A program made the translations under genes and the position numbers. This document shows, one piece after another, positions 49,727-59,159 of a stretch of 64,000 bases of DNA. The number at the start of each line of letters is the position of its first letter. Position 1 is the stretch's first letter. The notes below the pieces were generated by a model, which searched no databases, was not told the origin of the DNA, and saw only the letters and a list, made by a program, of their open reading frames with translations. Source of the stretch: an uncultured Nitrospiraceae bacterium (GTDB lineage Bacteria > Nitrospirota > Nitrospiria > Nitrospirales > Nitrospiraceae); assembly GCA_963730935.1 (NCBI GenBank), contig CAVSTP010000002.1, positions 224,001-288,000 on the forward strand, read 5' to 3'.

Positions 49727-50902
49727 ATGGCCGGTTTTCCCATCGAAGTCGCGACCCGCATCAAGACATTGCCGCCCTATTTGTTCGCTGCCATCGATAA
49801 GATGAAGCAGGCAGCCATTGCCCGTGGAGTCGATATCATCAACCTCGGTATCGGCGATCCTGATTTGCCGACTCCTGCCCCCATTGTCGAGAGCCTTGCC
49901 CAGGCCGCCAAGAATTCTAAACACCATCAGTACCCGTCGTATGAAGGCATGCTGTCGTTCCGCAAAGCTGTGGCCGAGTGGTATCAACGGCGATTCGGCG
50001 TCAAGCTGGACGCGGCGGACGAAGTACTCACACTCATCGGTTCCAAGGAAGGCATCGGTCATATTCACCTGGCTTTCGTCGATCCCGGCGATGTCGTGCT
50101 GGTGCCGAGTCCCGGCTATCCGGTGTACCCGGTCGGCACAAGCTTCTGCGGCGGCGTCTCGCATCTCATGCCGCTCACCAAGGCGAACGGCTTCTTGCCC
50201 GACCTCAATGCAATTCCGGAGGAGGTGGCCAGAAAAGCCAAACTGATGTGGCTGAATTCGCCGAATAATCCCACTTCGGTCGTCATGACGAAAGAGTACT
50301 TCAAGCGAGCCGTCGCATTCGCACGGGAGCACCAGGTTATCGTCTGCCATGATGCGGCCTATTCGGAGATTTATTACGACGGCCAGCGTCCGGCAAGCTT
50401 CATGGAAGTCGACGGTGCAAAAGACGTCGGCGTGGAGTTTCATTCCCTGTCCAAGACCTACAACATGACCGGCTGGCGGCTCGGGTTTGCCGTCGGCAAC
50501 AAAGAGGTGCTTGCTGGGCTCGGCAAGGTGAAGAGCAATCTGGACTCGGGCGTCTTTGAAGCGGTCCAGGCCGCCGGCATCACGGCGCTCGGGTTGGACG
50601 ACGCCGTGACCGATACCATCAGAAAGACCTATCAGGAACGGCGCGACACCTTGATCCCGGGATTGAAGCAGCTGGCCTTGGAGGTCGACGCGCCTCCGGC
50701 CGCCTTCTACGTTTGGGTGGCTGTACCGAAAGGGTACACGTCAGCTTCGTTTACGGCGCATCTCCTCGAAAAAGCGGGCATCGTCACCACACCGGGCAAT
50801 GGATTCGGCGCGCCGGGAGAAGGCTACATCAGGATGACGGTCTGCACGTCGAAGGACCGATTAGCCGAGGCGGTTGAGCGGATCAAGAAAGCTGGATTTT
50901 AG
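49727..50902 (+). CDS. dapL: LL-diaminopimelate aminotransferase
   Basis: LPPYLFA, LGIGDPD, LIGSKEGI, PNNPT, HDAAY, SLSKTYNMTGWR. Confidence 0.8.
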   Translation: MAGFPIEVATRIKTLPPYLFAAIDKMKQAAIARGVDIINLGIGDPDLPTPAPIVESLAQAAKNSKHHQYPSYEGMLSFRKAVAEWYQRRFGVKLDAADEVLTLIGSKEGIGHIHLAFVDPGDVVLVPSPGYPVYPVGTSFCGGVSHLMPLTKANGFLPDLNAIPEEVARKAKLMWLNSPNNPTSVVMTKEYFKRAVAFAREHQVIVCHDAAYSEIYYDGQRPASFMEVDGAKDVGVEFHSLSKTYNMTGWRLGFAVGNKEVLAGLGKVKSNLDSGVFEAVQAAGITALGLDDAVTDTIRKTYQERRDTLIPGLKQLALEVDAPPAAFYVWVAVPKGYTSASFTAHLLEKAGIVTTPGNGFGAPGEGYIRMTVCTSKDRLAEAVERIKKAGF

Positions 50903-50939
50903 CCCGGGTGATGCAGGTTTCTCAAGAAACGCACGCCAC

Positions 50940-51497
50940 ATGGGAAGAGAGACGGTCTATATCGGGTTCGGATCGAACGTAGGAGACCGCGTCGATTTTT
51001 GCGACCGCGCCGTGACGCTCCTGAGCTTGCTGCCGCATTCGCAGGTGACAGGCGTCTCTCTCCTGTACGAAACGGAGCCGGTAAAAGATACGGTCGACCC
51101 CGGCGAAGGCTGGTTTCTCAACGGCGTGCTCGAGCTGGAGACCGACATCGCCCCACAGAGTCTGCTGGACATGCTGCGGGAGATCGAGCGGTCGCTGGGC
51201 CGCGACGAGGATCACCGTGCTGGGCCGAGGACCATCGACCTCGACATCCTCTTCTACGGCGAACGCGTCATCAATGAACCAGGGCTGACCGTGCCCCATC
51301 CGCGCCTGCACCAACGCCGCTTCGTGCTCATGCCCTTGAGCGAGCTGGCACCGCTCTTGGTCCATCCCACGCGTCTTCGTTCCGTGAACCAGATGCTCGC
51401 CGAGACCACGGATCCGACGGAAGTGCGCCTGCTGTTTCCCCAGCCTTCGACGAGATACGGGTCACGGCCGGCCTGCAGTCCCCGTCTGGACTCATGA
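50940..51497 (+). CDS. folK: 6-hydroxymethyl-7,8-dihydropterin pyrophosphokinase
   Basis: YIGFGSN.G, YETEP, GPRTIDLDIL, VPHPR...RRFVL.PL. Confidence 0.95.
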   Translation: MGRETVYIGFGSNVGDRVDFCDRAVTLLSLLPHSQVTGVSLLYETEPVKDTVDPGEGWFLNGVLELETDIAPQSLLDMLREIERSLGRDEDHRAGPRTIDLDILFYGERVINEPGLTVPHPRLHQRRFVLMPLSELAPLLVHPTRLRSVNQMLAETTDPTEVRLLFPQPSTRYGSRPACSPRLDS

Positions 51498-52357
51498 GGA
51501 CGATTCACTCTCCGCCGGCCATGACCGCATGGAGCCAACGCCTGCGGCGTGAAGGAGTCGTGATCGGCTTTGTTCCCACGATGGGTGCGCTGCATGAAGG
51601 GCATCGGGCCCTGATTCGGGCGGCGCGTCTCAAGTGCGACGCGCTCGTCGTCAGTATTTTCGTAAATCCCACCCAGTTTGCTCCGACCGAAGATCTGACC
51701 ACCTACCCACGTCGCCTCTCACAGGACCGGGCGATGTGCCGGGAAGAAGGCGTCGATGTATGCTTCGAGCCGAGCCCTGCCGCGATGTATCCGGAGGGAT
51801 TTCAAACGGTCGTGACTGTCCCGTCCGTCGCCCGCCGTTGGGAAGGCGAATCACGGCCTCATCACTTTGCCGGTGTCGCGACCGTCGTCACGAAACTCTT
51901 TGGCGTGGTCCGGCCGGACGTCGTATGGTTCGGACAAAAAGATTTTCAGCAGTGTGCAGTCGTTCGGCAACTCGTGAAGGATTTGAATATCAACATCCGT
52001 CTCATCGTTCAACCGACAGTCAGGGAGCGTGACGGGTTCGCCATGAGTTCCCGCAATGTCTACCTTTCAACCGAAGAGCGCCGGCTGGCGCCGATGTTTT
52101 ACCAGGCTTTGCTCACAGGGCGACGGGCGGTCGAGGCCGGCGTGACTGATCCGGAGACGGTGCAGGCCATGATGCGGAAAGTCCTCGGAGGGCAGCCGGC
52201 GATCCGAATAGACTACCTCGCCATTTGTGAGCCCGAGACGCTGGAGCCGCTCGACCGAATTGACCGACAGGCAGTGATCCTCGGGGCGATTCGCCTCGGG
52301 TCGGTCCGTCTCATCGACAATGTGCTCACGAGGGCGAAAGCCGTCAGGCGGGGCTGA
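51494..52357 (+). CDS. panC: Pantoate-beta-alanine ligase
   Basis: VPTMGALHEGH, SIFVNPTQF, FGQKDFQQ, AMSSRN, RLIDN. Confidence 0.97.
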   Translation: MRTIHSPPAMTAWSQRLRREGVVIGFVPTMGALHEGHRALIRAARLKCDALVVSIFVNPTQFAPTEDLTTYPRRLSQDRAMCREEGVDVCFEPSPAAMYPEGFQTVVTVPSVARRWEGESRPHHFAGVATVVTKLFGVVRPDVVWFGQKDFQQCAVVRQLVKDLNINIRLIVQPTVRERDGFAMSSRNVYLSTEERRLAPMFYQALLTGRRAVEAGVTDPETVQAMMRKVLGGQPAIRIDYLAICEPETLEPLDRIDRQAVILGAIRLGSVRLIDNVLTRAKAVRRG

Positions 52358-52366
52358 TTCGAGGTA

Positions 52367-52519
52367 ACAGGCTGTTCAAAATAGGTTGAAAGTCTGAGCG
52401 AAGCGAGAACGATGTCCGGCGCAAGCCCGGTCAATCGATTGCAAAGCAATCGGGGGTGGAGGGTGGAAATAATCACCCGGAGCGGGTGGGTGAGAAGACG
52501 ACCGTTTTCAAGAGCCTGT
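52367..52519. repeat. MITE-like element flanked by TA dinucleotides
   Basis: TA|ACAGGCTGTTCAAAA...TTTTCAAGAGCCTGT|TA, imperfect 15-bp terminal IR. Internal motifs are shared with 12749-13067. Confidence 0.7.
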
Positions 52520-53028
52520 TAGGCGGTGCTGGCCGGATGGTGCCCCTGGCTCACCAGCAAACCCAAGACGACCTGGCTCAAGCGACGTTGATCGGACAGC
52601 GGTATCTCCAGAAACCGAAGCCCGACCGATGTCGGACGGACTGAGCAGACCATCGCCGTATCAATACGAATCGACTCGTCCTCTTGATCAGACTTGAGCA
52701 CCAGCCCCAGAAACGTCCCGCGCGGCAGGCCGGTGGTCTGTAAGGTGCACCCGTCCATCGAAATGTCCGTAATGCGATTCGTCGACTGCACGCGGTTATC
52801 GGCGAGGAACTGCGCCTGAATCGAGGTTGGGAGGCGCTTGTATTGGCGACGATCGAGGGCCTGGGCGCTTCCGCCGGCCTCTCGGTGGAAGGCGCGGAAC
52901 TTATTCATACACAGCTGACAGCGAAACGGAAACACGTGCAACTGCTGCAGCACCCGTTCCATCATCCCGGTCTGAGGCGCGACACGGACGAATGGCGTAC
53001 CGCAATTGGGGCAATGGAGTGTCTTCAT
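52519..53028 (-). CDS. PilZ-domain protein with N-terminal zinc ribbon
   Basis: CPNC...CQLC, RRQYKR (RxxxR), DISMDG (DxSxxG). Confidence 0.85.
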   Translation of the reverse strand: MKTLHCPNCGTPFVRVAPQTGMMERVLQQLHVFPFRCQLCMNKFRAFHREAGGSAQALDRRQYKRLPTSIQAQFLADNRVQSTNRITDISMDGCTLQTTGLPRGTFLGLVLKSDQEDESIRIDTAMVCSVRPTSVGLRFLEIPLSDQRRLSQVVLGLLVSQGHHPASTA

Positions 53029-53471
53029 GCCCGCGGTTCGACCTCTTCACAGGTGTGCGGTGATTCTACCACCCGCTCGCGCGTGTGTTGTTGCGCAGCG
53101 AGGATCGGTTCAATTGCGGCCGGCGAGTAGGTCGACGGCTTTACCCATTTGCCATCGTCGCGCTTATAGCCGCCAACCTTGCTCATGTTGGACCGGTGCA
53201 CTTCGCGGAACACCGGGTCCATGTCGATTCCGTACGACACAGCCGTCCCGTAGACCACGTACAACAGATCGGCCAGTTCCTTGGCGATCGCCGCCAGGTC
53301 GACCTTTTCCATCGCCTCTTTCAGCTCTTCGAACTCTTCGTGAATCAGTCGCTCGCGCAAGACACGCGTCCGCTCATCGACCTGGCCCGGAGTCTGCTGA
53401 ACCAGGATATCGAAGAGGCGATGAAAACGCTCCACCATCGATTGCGGATCCAGGTCCGGCTGTTCATTCAT
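53025..53471 (-). CDS. MazG-like / PRA-PH NTP pyrophosphohydrolase
   Basis: LIHEEFEEL, ELADLLYVVYG, EVHRSNMSK, DGKW.KP. Confidence 0.85.
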   Translation of the reverse strand: MNEQPDLDPQSMVERFHRLFDILVQQTPGQVDERTRVLRERLIHEEFEELKEAMEKVDLAAIAKELADLLYVVYGTAVSYGIDMDPVFREVHRSNMSKVGGYKRDDGKWVKPSTYSPAAIEPILAAQQHTRERVVESPHTCEEVEPRA

Positions 53472-54855
53472 CTTCATAGGGCAACGCCTTTCTGGCAACG
53501 ACTTCCACAGGTTCGAGTGCGCCGATCTCCTTCTCGGACGAGACGCCCAATTCCTTGAACCGGCGCGCCGCCGGCAAAATCCTGGTTTCCAACGACCCGA
53601 CCGCTTTGTTGTAAGCGATCACGCTTTTCCCCAGCGACTGCCCTACGTCGTTCACATGCTCCGCAAGAATGGCCATGCGCTCGTAGAGGTCTTTTCCCAG
53701 TCGGCCGGCTTCTTCGGCGTGCGCGGCCAACCGTTCCTGCCGCCAGCCGTAGGCCACGGCCCTTAGGAGCGCCATCAGCGTGGTGGGTGTGGCCAGCACA
53801 ACTCCCTGAGCAAATCCCTCTTCGATCAACCGCGGCTCTTGCTCCAATGCGGCACCTAGAAACTGCTCTCCGGGCAGAAACAGCACGACGAATTCCGGCG
53901 CCTGCTCGAACTGGTTCCAGTAAGCTTTGAGACTCAATTCGTTGATGCGCATTCGCACTTGCGCGGCATGGCGCCGCAGCCCTTCCAGTCGATGCTCTTC
54001 ATCCGGAGCCTCATGAGCATCGAGATATCCGGAGAGGACGGTTTTGGCATCCACAATGATTTGACGGCCGCCCGGCAACTGGACGACCATATCCGGTCGC
54101 AACCGACCGTCGTCGGACATGACCGATTCCTGCTCGAAAAAATCGCAGTGAGCGACCATGCCCGCCAATTCGGCCACGCGCTTGAGCGTAATTTCCCCCC
54201 AGCGGCCACGGACCGCGGGCGCTTTCAGGGCATTGACGAGATTGCCCGTTTCCTGCTGCAGCCGCTGCTGAGTTTCTGCCAGTAGCTTCAAATGCTGATC
54301 GAGCCCTCCGTAGGCGGCCTGACGTGACTGCTCCAGCTGACGCAGCTGCTCGTCATAGCGATGCAGTGACTCCGAAAGGGGTTTAACCAGGTCGTCGATC
54401 GCCTGCTGTCGTTGGGCCAGGTCGCCCTTGGCTTCCGCATGCAGGGTGTGAAACGTCGTCTTGGCAAGGCTGAGGAACGCTTCATTGTTCTGCTTGAGCG
54501 CTTCACCCGAGAGGGCTTGAAACGATTCAGCCAGTTCGTGACGCGCCTGAGCGAGCAGCAGTTTCTGTTCTTCGACGTGCTTGACGGTTTCAGCGGCTTG
54601 GGTTTCCGCGACGGCGCGGGCTCGCGCGGCTTCGGCGAGATCGCTGCGAAGGCGATCAAGTTCCACCCGGTTCGTCTCCACTGATCGGCGCAGCTCGTCC
54701 GCGAGGGTTTCAGCACGTTGGGCACGCTCCGCGGCCCCGAGCACTTGGGCCTCGAATTGGGACCGGAGACGGGTCAACCGCCACAGCCCTACTGCCAATG
54801 CCCCAAGCACGAGACCTCCGAACAGACCCAGGATGAAGGTAGTACTCTCAACCAT
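53464..54855 (-). CDS. rmuC: DNA recombination protein RmuC
   Basis: N-terminal TM plus coiled coil, RGRWGE, LRPD...LPG, VDAK, FVVLFLP, ATPTTL. Confidence 0.93.
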   Translation of the reverse strand: MVESTTFILGLFGGLVLGALAVGLWRLTRLRSQFEAQVLGAAERAQRAETLADELRRSVETNRVELDRLRSDLAEAARARAVAETQAAETVKHVEEQKLLLAQARHELAESFQALSGEALKQNNEAFLSLAKTTFHTLHAEAKGDLAQRQQAIDDLVKPLSESLHRYDEQLRQLEQSRQAAYGGLDQHLKLLAETQQRLQQETGNLVNALKAPAVRGRWGEITLKRVAELAGMVAHCDFFEQESVMSDDGRLRPDMVVQLPGGRQIIVDAKTVLSGYLDAHEAPDEEHRLEGLRRHAAQVRMRINELSLKAYWNQFEQAPEFVVLFLPGEQFLGAALEQEPRLIEEGFAQGVVLATPTTLMALLRAVAYGWRQERLAAHAEEAGRLGKDLYERMAILAEHVNDVGQSLGKSVIAYNKAVGSLETRILPAARRFKELGVSSEKEIGALEPVEVVARKALPYEDE

Positions 54856-54929
54856 GGAGGACTCCGCAGGGCAGATAAACGTTGGTACCGGTGTTGTTCT
54901 CGACGGGCAGTTGTACGTTTGTTTTCGGG

Positions 54930-54958
54930 AGGTTACGTAAAGTCTTACAAAACGTCAA
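54930..54958 (-). promoter_or_regulatory. Candidate sigma-70 promoter of the rmuC operon
   Basis: TTGACG-N17-TAACCT. Confidence 0.55.
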
Positions 54959-55109
54959 GGGCGCGAGATAGCCAGAGCCGTTCGGCCCTACCGCCATGAC
55001 ATTGGAACTGAGCACTGTTTTCTTAGGGTTGTTGAGAACCGTCGGGCCCTCGCGGCGGGTGAAGAGACATGCGCCTACGTCAGCGCAGTGATTCGGCGAC
55101 CGAAGCCTA

Positions 55110-57734
55110 TTAGGGTCCCGAGGTGGAGGCGCGGCGTCTGACGACGCCCTGCGCCGCATCGAGATTTACGTGCTCTCCTTCAGATAAGCGTGCCATCGCC
55201 TGCACTACGTTTGCAACCGTCGGCAACCCGTACTCACGCGCAATGATCGCCCCGTGGGACAGCGTGCCGCCCAACTCCACAATCAAGCCGCCGGCGATGC
55301 CGAACAGCGGGGCCATGCCGGGATCGATGACAGGGGCCACGATGATGTCGCCGCGTCGAACACGGCTCCAATCCGTCGTTCCCCGCACGAACCGTACGGG
55401 ACCGGTCACGAGTCCCGAACTGACCGGAATGCCGCGCAACAAGCCGTCGGCCCCCGGTAAAGATTCATGAGACCCGGTTTGCGGATCGTCCCAGCCGCAA
55501 ATGACGTCAGGAACCTCCAGGGTCTTCCAATACTCGCGTTCAGCACGGCGAGCCTGGATCAGCGCGGACCACGTTTCAGTCGATACCTTCTCCAATGCTT
55601 CGCGCTCTTGCAACGAGAGAAAGAAGATATCCTCGTTGTGCGTGAAGATGCCCCGATCGATCAGGAGTTCACCGAGGTGGAGCAGAAGACGTCTCGCCGC
55701 CAGTGAGTACCACATGAGATGGTGGCGATTCGCTTCACGCAACGAAAAGAACCGACACAGACGCCGATACCACCAGAGAAAGACGAGCCAGCGATCGAAG
55801 CGCCAGCCGCATCGCGCTCTGATAGTTCCCAATGCATGATCTCTGACCGTTCGCTGACGCCGGATGAGCTCATCTGGCATCGCGGGCGGTCCCTCAAGCT
55901 GCGTTTTGATTACCTCGAGAAGCGCTTCCGGCTGATCGGCCAGCCGTGGAGACATGATGTCCGACTCGCCGACCGCACGATGGCCATAGTCTTCAAGATA
56001 GCGGTCGAAAGCGGAGAGGAAGGGACTTCCCTCGAACCTCTGCCGAGCAAGGCCGGGGTCCCAACCACGCTTGAGCGCATTCGACAGGGCCACATCTTTT
56101 CTGGCGAGTTCCACAAGATCAGCAATGCGCAGGATCTGTTGGGCACTGACGACCGTGCCCTGGCCTTGCAGCGACTCGTTCAGCAGACGCCGCCAGTCTG
56201 GTCCCAACCAGCCGGGCAGAAGCCGGCGAAAGGCTTGCAGGCACTGACCCGTCCCTGCAGCGATTGCAAACGTCATCTCGCGGCCATCGAGCCAACGGCC
56301 CAACTCGTCCAGGCGCGCTCGGACTTCCGTGAGCGACATCGGCTGCACCCGCTCACGACTGTACCGCGCGGCCAGCGCTTTCATCTCCGCAAACACCACA
56401 GGACTCTCCCGCAAGACCCGTCGCATCTCCAGCCACATCAGCCAACCGGCCCGCAACAATGCAGGCCGCCCGAGTTGTTGCACGGGAGGAGCCGATCGAA
56501 TCGGATCGCCTCCCATGTGTTCCGCATTCAATGCGGGATCGCCTCCCATCTGGCCGACCAGCATATGAAACAGCGTCACATTCAGATAGGGACGGCCGGC
56601 ATATATACGAACTGAACGTAGCCCAGAAGGTATCCGACAGCCCAACCGGCGATAGTGCGAGAGAATATAGGCGTCCATAAAATGTTCGAGGAAGGACAGC
56701 CCCATAGGGCTCGGCAGCTCCGGCATCGTCTCTTTGAAATTCGCACGTGACCACTCACTCTCTTCATTCGTGGGATCCGAACTCGCTTGGACGGCCGTGA
56801 CCGGCCGGACCTGCAGGGCCCAAAGGCGCTCGCGATCAATCGCCCATTCCACATCCACAGGGTGCTGAAAGATCCGTTCGATGCGCTTTGTCACCGCTGC
56901 CACTTCGAATAGTTGCTGGTCAGAAAGCGGCGGCTGCTTGCGCTCAAGCCATGGAACCGGCTCCATCGCAACCCCGCCGGCGGAGGCAACCAACCGTTCG
57001 TGCTGCTGTCCGGAAGTGTGTCGGATCACCCGCCGAGGCTGACCGTCGATTGTCTCGACAAGGTACTGATCGGGCGTGACCGTTCCATCGACCAGGGGCT
57101 GACCCAACCCCCGAATGGCGTTGACCGTCACATGACTATCACGGCCTGTGACCGGATCAATGGAATAGGCAACACCAGTGATCGTGGGGTTCAGCAAGGG
57201 CTGAATGACGACCGCCATGGAAGGCGGCAGATCACCAGTGCCCGATTTCCCCGTGTACTCGAAGACCCGCTCCTCCCAGAGTGAGGCCCAGACCTCGATG
57301 ATTCCGTGTGCAAGCTCTTCACTCCGCACACCCAATACCGTTCGATACAAGCCCGCAGCGCTTGACTGCGCCGAATCTTCGTTACTTGCCGATGACCTCA
57401 AGGCCCATTGTCGTTCATGCGCACCGGCCACCCGCCGCAACTCTTCCCATACACCCGGAAGAATACCGGAAAGGTCCGAGCGGCGGATCGCGGCCTGGCA
57501 GTCTTGCAGCTCCCGCCGTCGATCTTCCCCCATTAGTCCAAGCGCACGGCGCCAGCGTTCACGAGGATCAAAACCGAGAGTTGCCAGGGACTGCTCATAG
57601 GCGCGTGTCGTCACACAGCAGCCATCCGGAACCGCCAGACCGGCTGCGAGAAGACGCGCGATGCCCGAGGCTTTGCCGCCGACGAGCGAAGAATCGTTGC
57701 ACCGCGAGAGGGGCAGTACCAATGGATCGGCCAT
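55110..57734 (-). CDS. PEP-utilising dikinase-type enzyme (rifampin phosphotransferase/PigC-like architecture)
   Basis: VGGKA, RSSA..ED, DVEWA (ATP-grasp), central helical domain (WSRANF.E..P), C-terminal phospho-His SHGAIIAREYGLP. Confidence 0.85.
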   Translation of the reverse strand: MADPLVLPLSRCNDSSLVGGKASGIARLLAAGLAVPDGCCVTTRAYEQSLATLGFDPRERWRRALGLMGEDRRRELQDCQAAIRRSDLSGILPGVWEELRRVAGAHERQWALRSSASNEDSAQSSAAGLYRTVLGVRSEELAHGIIEVWASLWEERVFEYTGKSGTGDLPPSMAVVIQPLLNPTITGVAYSIDPVTGRDSHVTVNAIRGLGQPLVDGTVTPDQYLVETIDGQPRRVIRHTSGQQHERLVASAGGVAMEPVPWLERKQPPLSDQQLFEVAAVTKRIERIFQHPVDVEWAIDRERLWALQVRPVTAVQASSDPTNEESEWSRANFKETMPELPSPMGLSFLEHFMDAYILSHYRRLGCRIPSGLRSVRIYAGRPYLNVTLFHMLVGQMGGDPALNAEHMGGDPIRSAPPVQQLGRPALLRAGWLMWLEMRRVLRESPVVFAEMKALAARYSRERVQPMSLTEVRARLDELGRWLDGREMTFAIAAGTGQCLQAFRRLLPGWLGPDWRRLLNESLQGQGTVVSAQQILRIADLVELARKDVALSNALKRGWDPGLARQRFEGSPFLSAFDRYLEDYGHRAVGESDIMSPRLADQPEALLEVIKTQLEGPPAMPDELIRRQRTVRDHALGTIRARCGWRFDRWLVFLWWYRRLCRFFSLREANRHHLMWYSLAARRLLLHLGELLIDRGIFTHNEDIFFLSLQEREALEKVSTETWSALIQARRAEREYWKTLEVPDVICGWDDPQTGSHESLPGADGLLRGIPVSSGLVTGPVRFVRGTTDWSRVRRGDIIVAPVIDPGMAPLFGIAGGLIVELGGTLSHGAIIAREYGLPTVANVVQAMARLSEGEHVNLDAAQGVVRRRASTSGP

Positions 57735-57749
57735 CGGGGGGGATACTAC

Positions 57750-59102
57750 CTAGAAGACGAAGACGAGGTAAAGATCGTTGACGTTCGTGCCGGTCGGACC
57801 GGTCGTGATATGGCAGTTCAGGCGTTTCAGTGCGCGGTAACTGTCATGGCGGCTCAACGCTGCATCCAGATCCAACCCCATGGCTTTGGCGCGGCTCCAC
57901 GTCTCGCCACTGACAAGAGCCCCTGCGGCATCCGTGGGACCATCGGTGCCATCCGTGGCAACGGCCGCGACGTAGACGCCGCGAAGGCCGGCCACCGCTT
58001 TGGCAGCAGCCAACGCGAACTCTTGAGCGCGTCCTCCTTTACCGCTTCCCGTCACGGTGACGGTGGTCTCTCCGCCGGCCATCACACAACAGGGTCTTGG
58101 CAGGGGCCGCCGCCGCATGAGAATCCTCTTTGCCAGTGTGCCCATGTCCGCACCGGCTTTTCGGGCGTCCTTGGTGAACGGCGGCAACAGGAGGGTTCGC
58201 CAACCCGCCGCTCGCGCTGTTGCGATGAGGGCAGCAAGGGCCGTGGCATTGTTGCCGATGATCTCGTGCTGAATGCGCCGGAACAGCCTGGCTCCTGGCT
58301 TCGGCGTCTCGGTCAGTCGCCTATCCACGCCTCTGATGAGATGCCGCCGCACACTCCGTGGGGCCGAAGACCACAGGCCATACCGCCGTAAGCACTGGAT
58401 GGCGTCGCCGTAGGTCGTCGGGTCGTTGGCCGTCGGCCCCGACCCGATGGCGCTCAGCTGATCGCCGATCACGTCCGAGAGAATGAGGGTCACGATCCTC
58501 GCTTCGCTCAGGGCGGCGAGCCGGCCGCCTTTGAGTTTAGACAGATGTTTGCGGACGGTATTGACCTCGGCAATGCCGGCACCGCAACGCAGCAACTGCT
58601 CAGTCACGCGCTGTTTGTCGGCGAGCTTCACGCCGGACACCGGCGCCGGCAGCAAGCTCGAAGCTCCCCCTGAGAGCAGCACGATCAACAAATCGCGGGC
58701 GGTGAGGCCTGTGACGAGTTTCATGATGCGCCGGGCTGCCGTCAGACCCGCCCGATCCGGGAGCGGATGGCCGGCCTCTACGACGGCAATGCGTGTGGTG
58801 GGAAGCCCGTGGCCGTACTTTACGACGACCACGCCGCCGTCCAGATGGCGTCCAAGGATCGGCTCAATTGCGTGGGCCATCGCGGCGGCGGCCTTGCCTG
58901 CTCCGACGACAACGACCCGTTCATAGTCGCGGAGGTCGTAGCGGCGACGCCCGATCGTGAGATGATCACCGTGCTTCCGAAGATACCGTCGGAGTACGCG
59001 ACCGGCGTGAGCGGAAGCCAGCGCCTGTTTCAACATGTTGGCCAGCAGAGGGCGCGCGCGCGACACAGGAATCCGCATCAGCATGGATGGACGCTGGAAC
59101 AC
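57750..59102 (-). CDS. Glycerate kinase type 2 (TtuD/MOFRL)
   Basis: GAGKAA, AGHPLPD, LSGGASSL, VRKHLS..KGG, GGETTV, GTDGPT, TGTNVND. Confidence 0.9.
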   Translation of the reverse strand: MFQRPSMLMRIPVSRARPLLANMLKQALASAHAGRVLRRYLRKHGDHLTIGRRRYDLRDYERVVVVGAGKAAAAMAHAIEPILGRHLDGGVVVVKYGHGLPTTRIAVVEAGHPLPDRAGLTAARRIMKLVTGLTARDLLIVLLSGGASSLLPAPVSGVKLADKQRVTEQLLRCGAGIAEVNTVRKHLSKLKGGRLAALSEARIVTLILSDVIGDQLSAIGSGPTANDPTTYGDAIQCLRRYGLWSSAPRSVRRHLIRGVDRRLTETPKPGARLFRRIQHEIIGNNATALAALIATARAAGWRTLLLPPFTKDARKAGADMGTLAKRILMRRRPLPRPCCVMAGGETTVTVTGSGKGGRAQEFALAAAKAVAGLRGVYVAAVATDGTDGPTDAAGALVSGETWSRAKAMGLDLDAALSRHDSYRALKRLNCHITTGPTGTNVNDLYLVFVF

Positions 59103-59159
59103 CGAGAAGCACCCGGAGGTCGCTGGAAGACGACGCGGACTGCCGTTTTCACCATCGGG

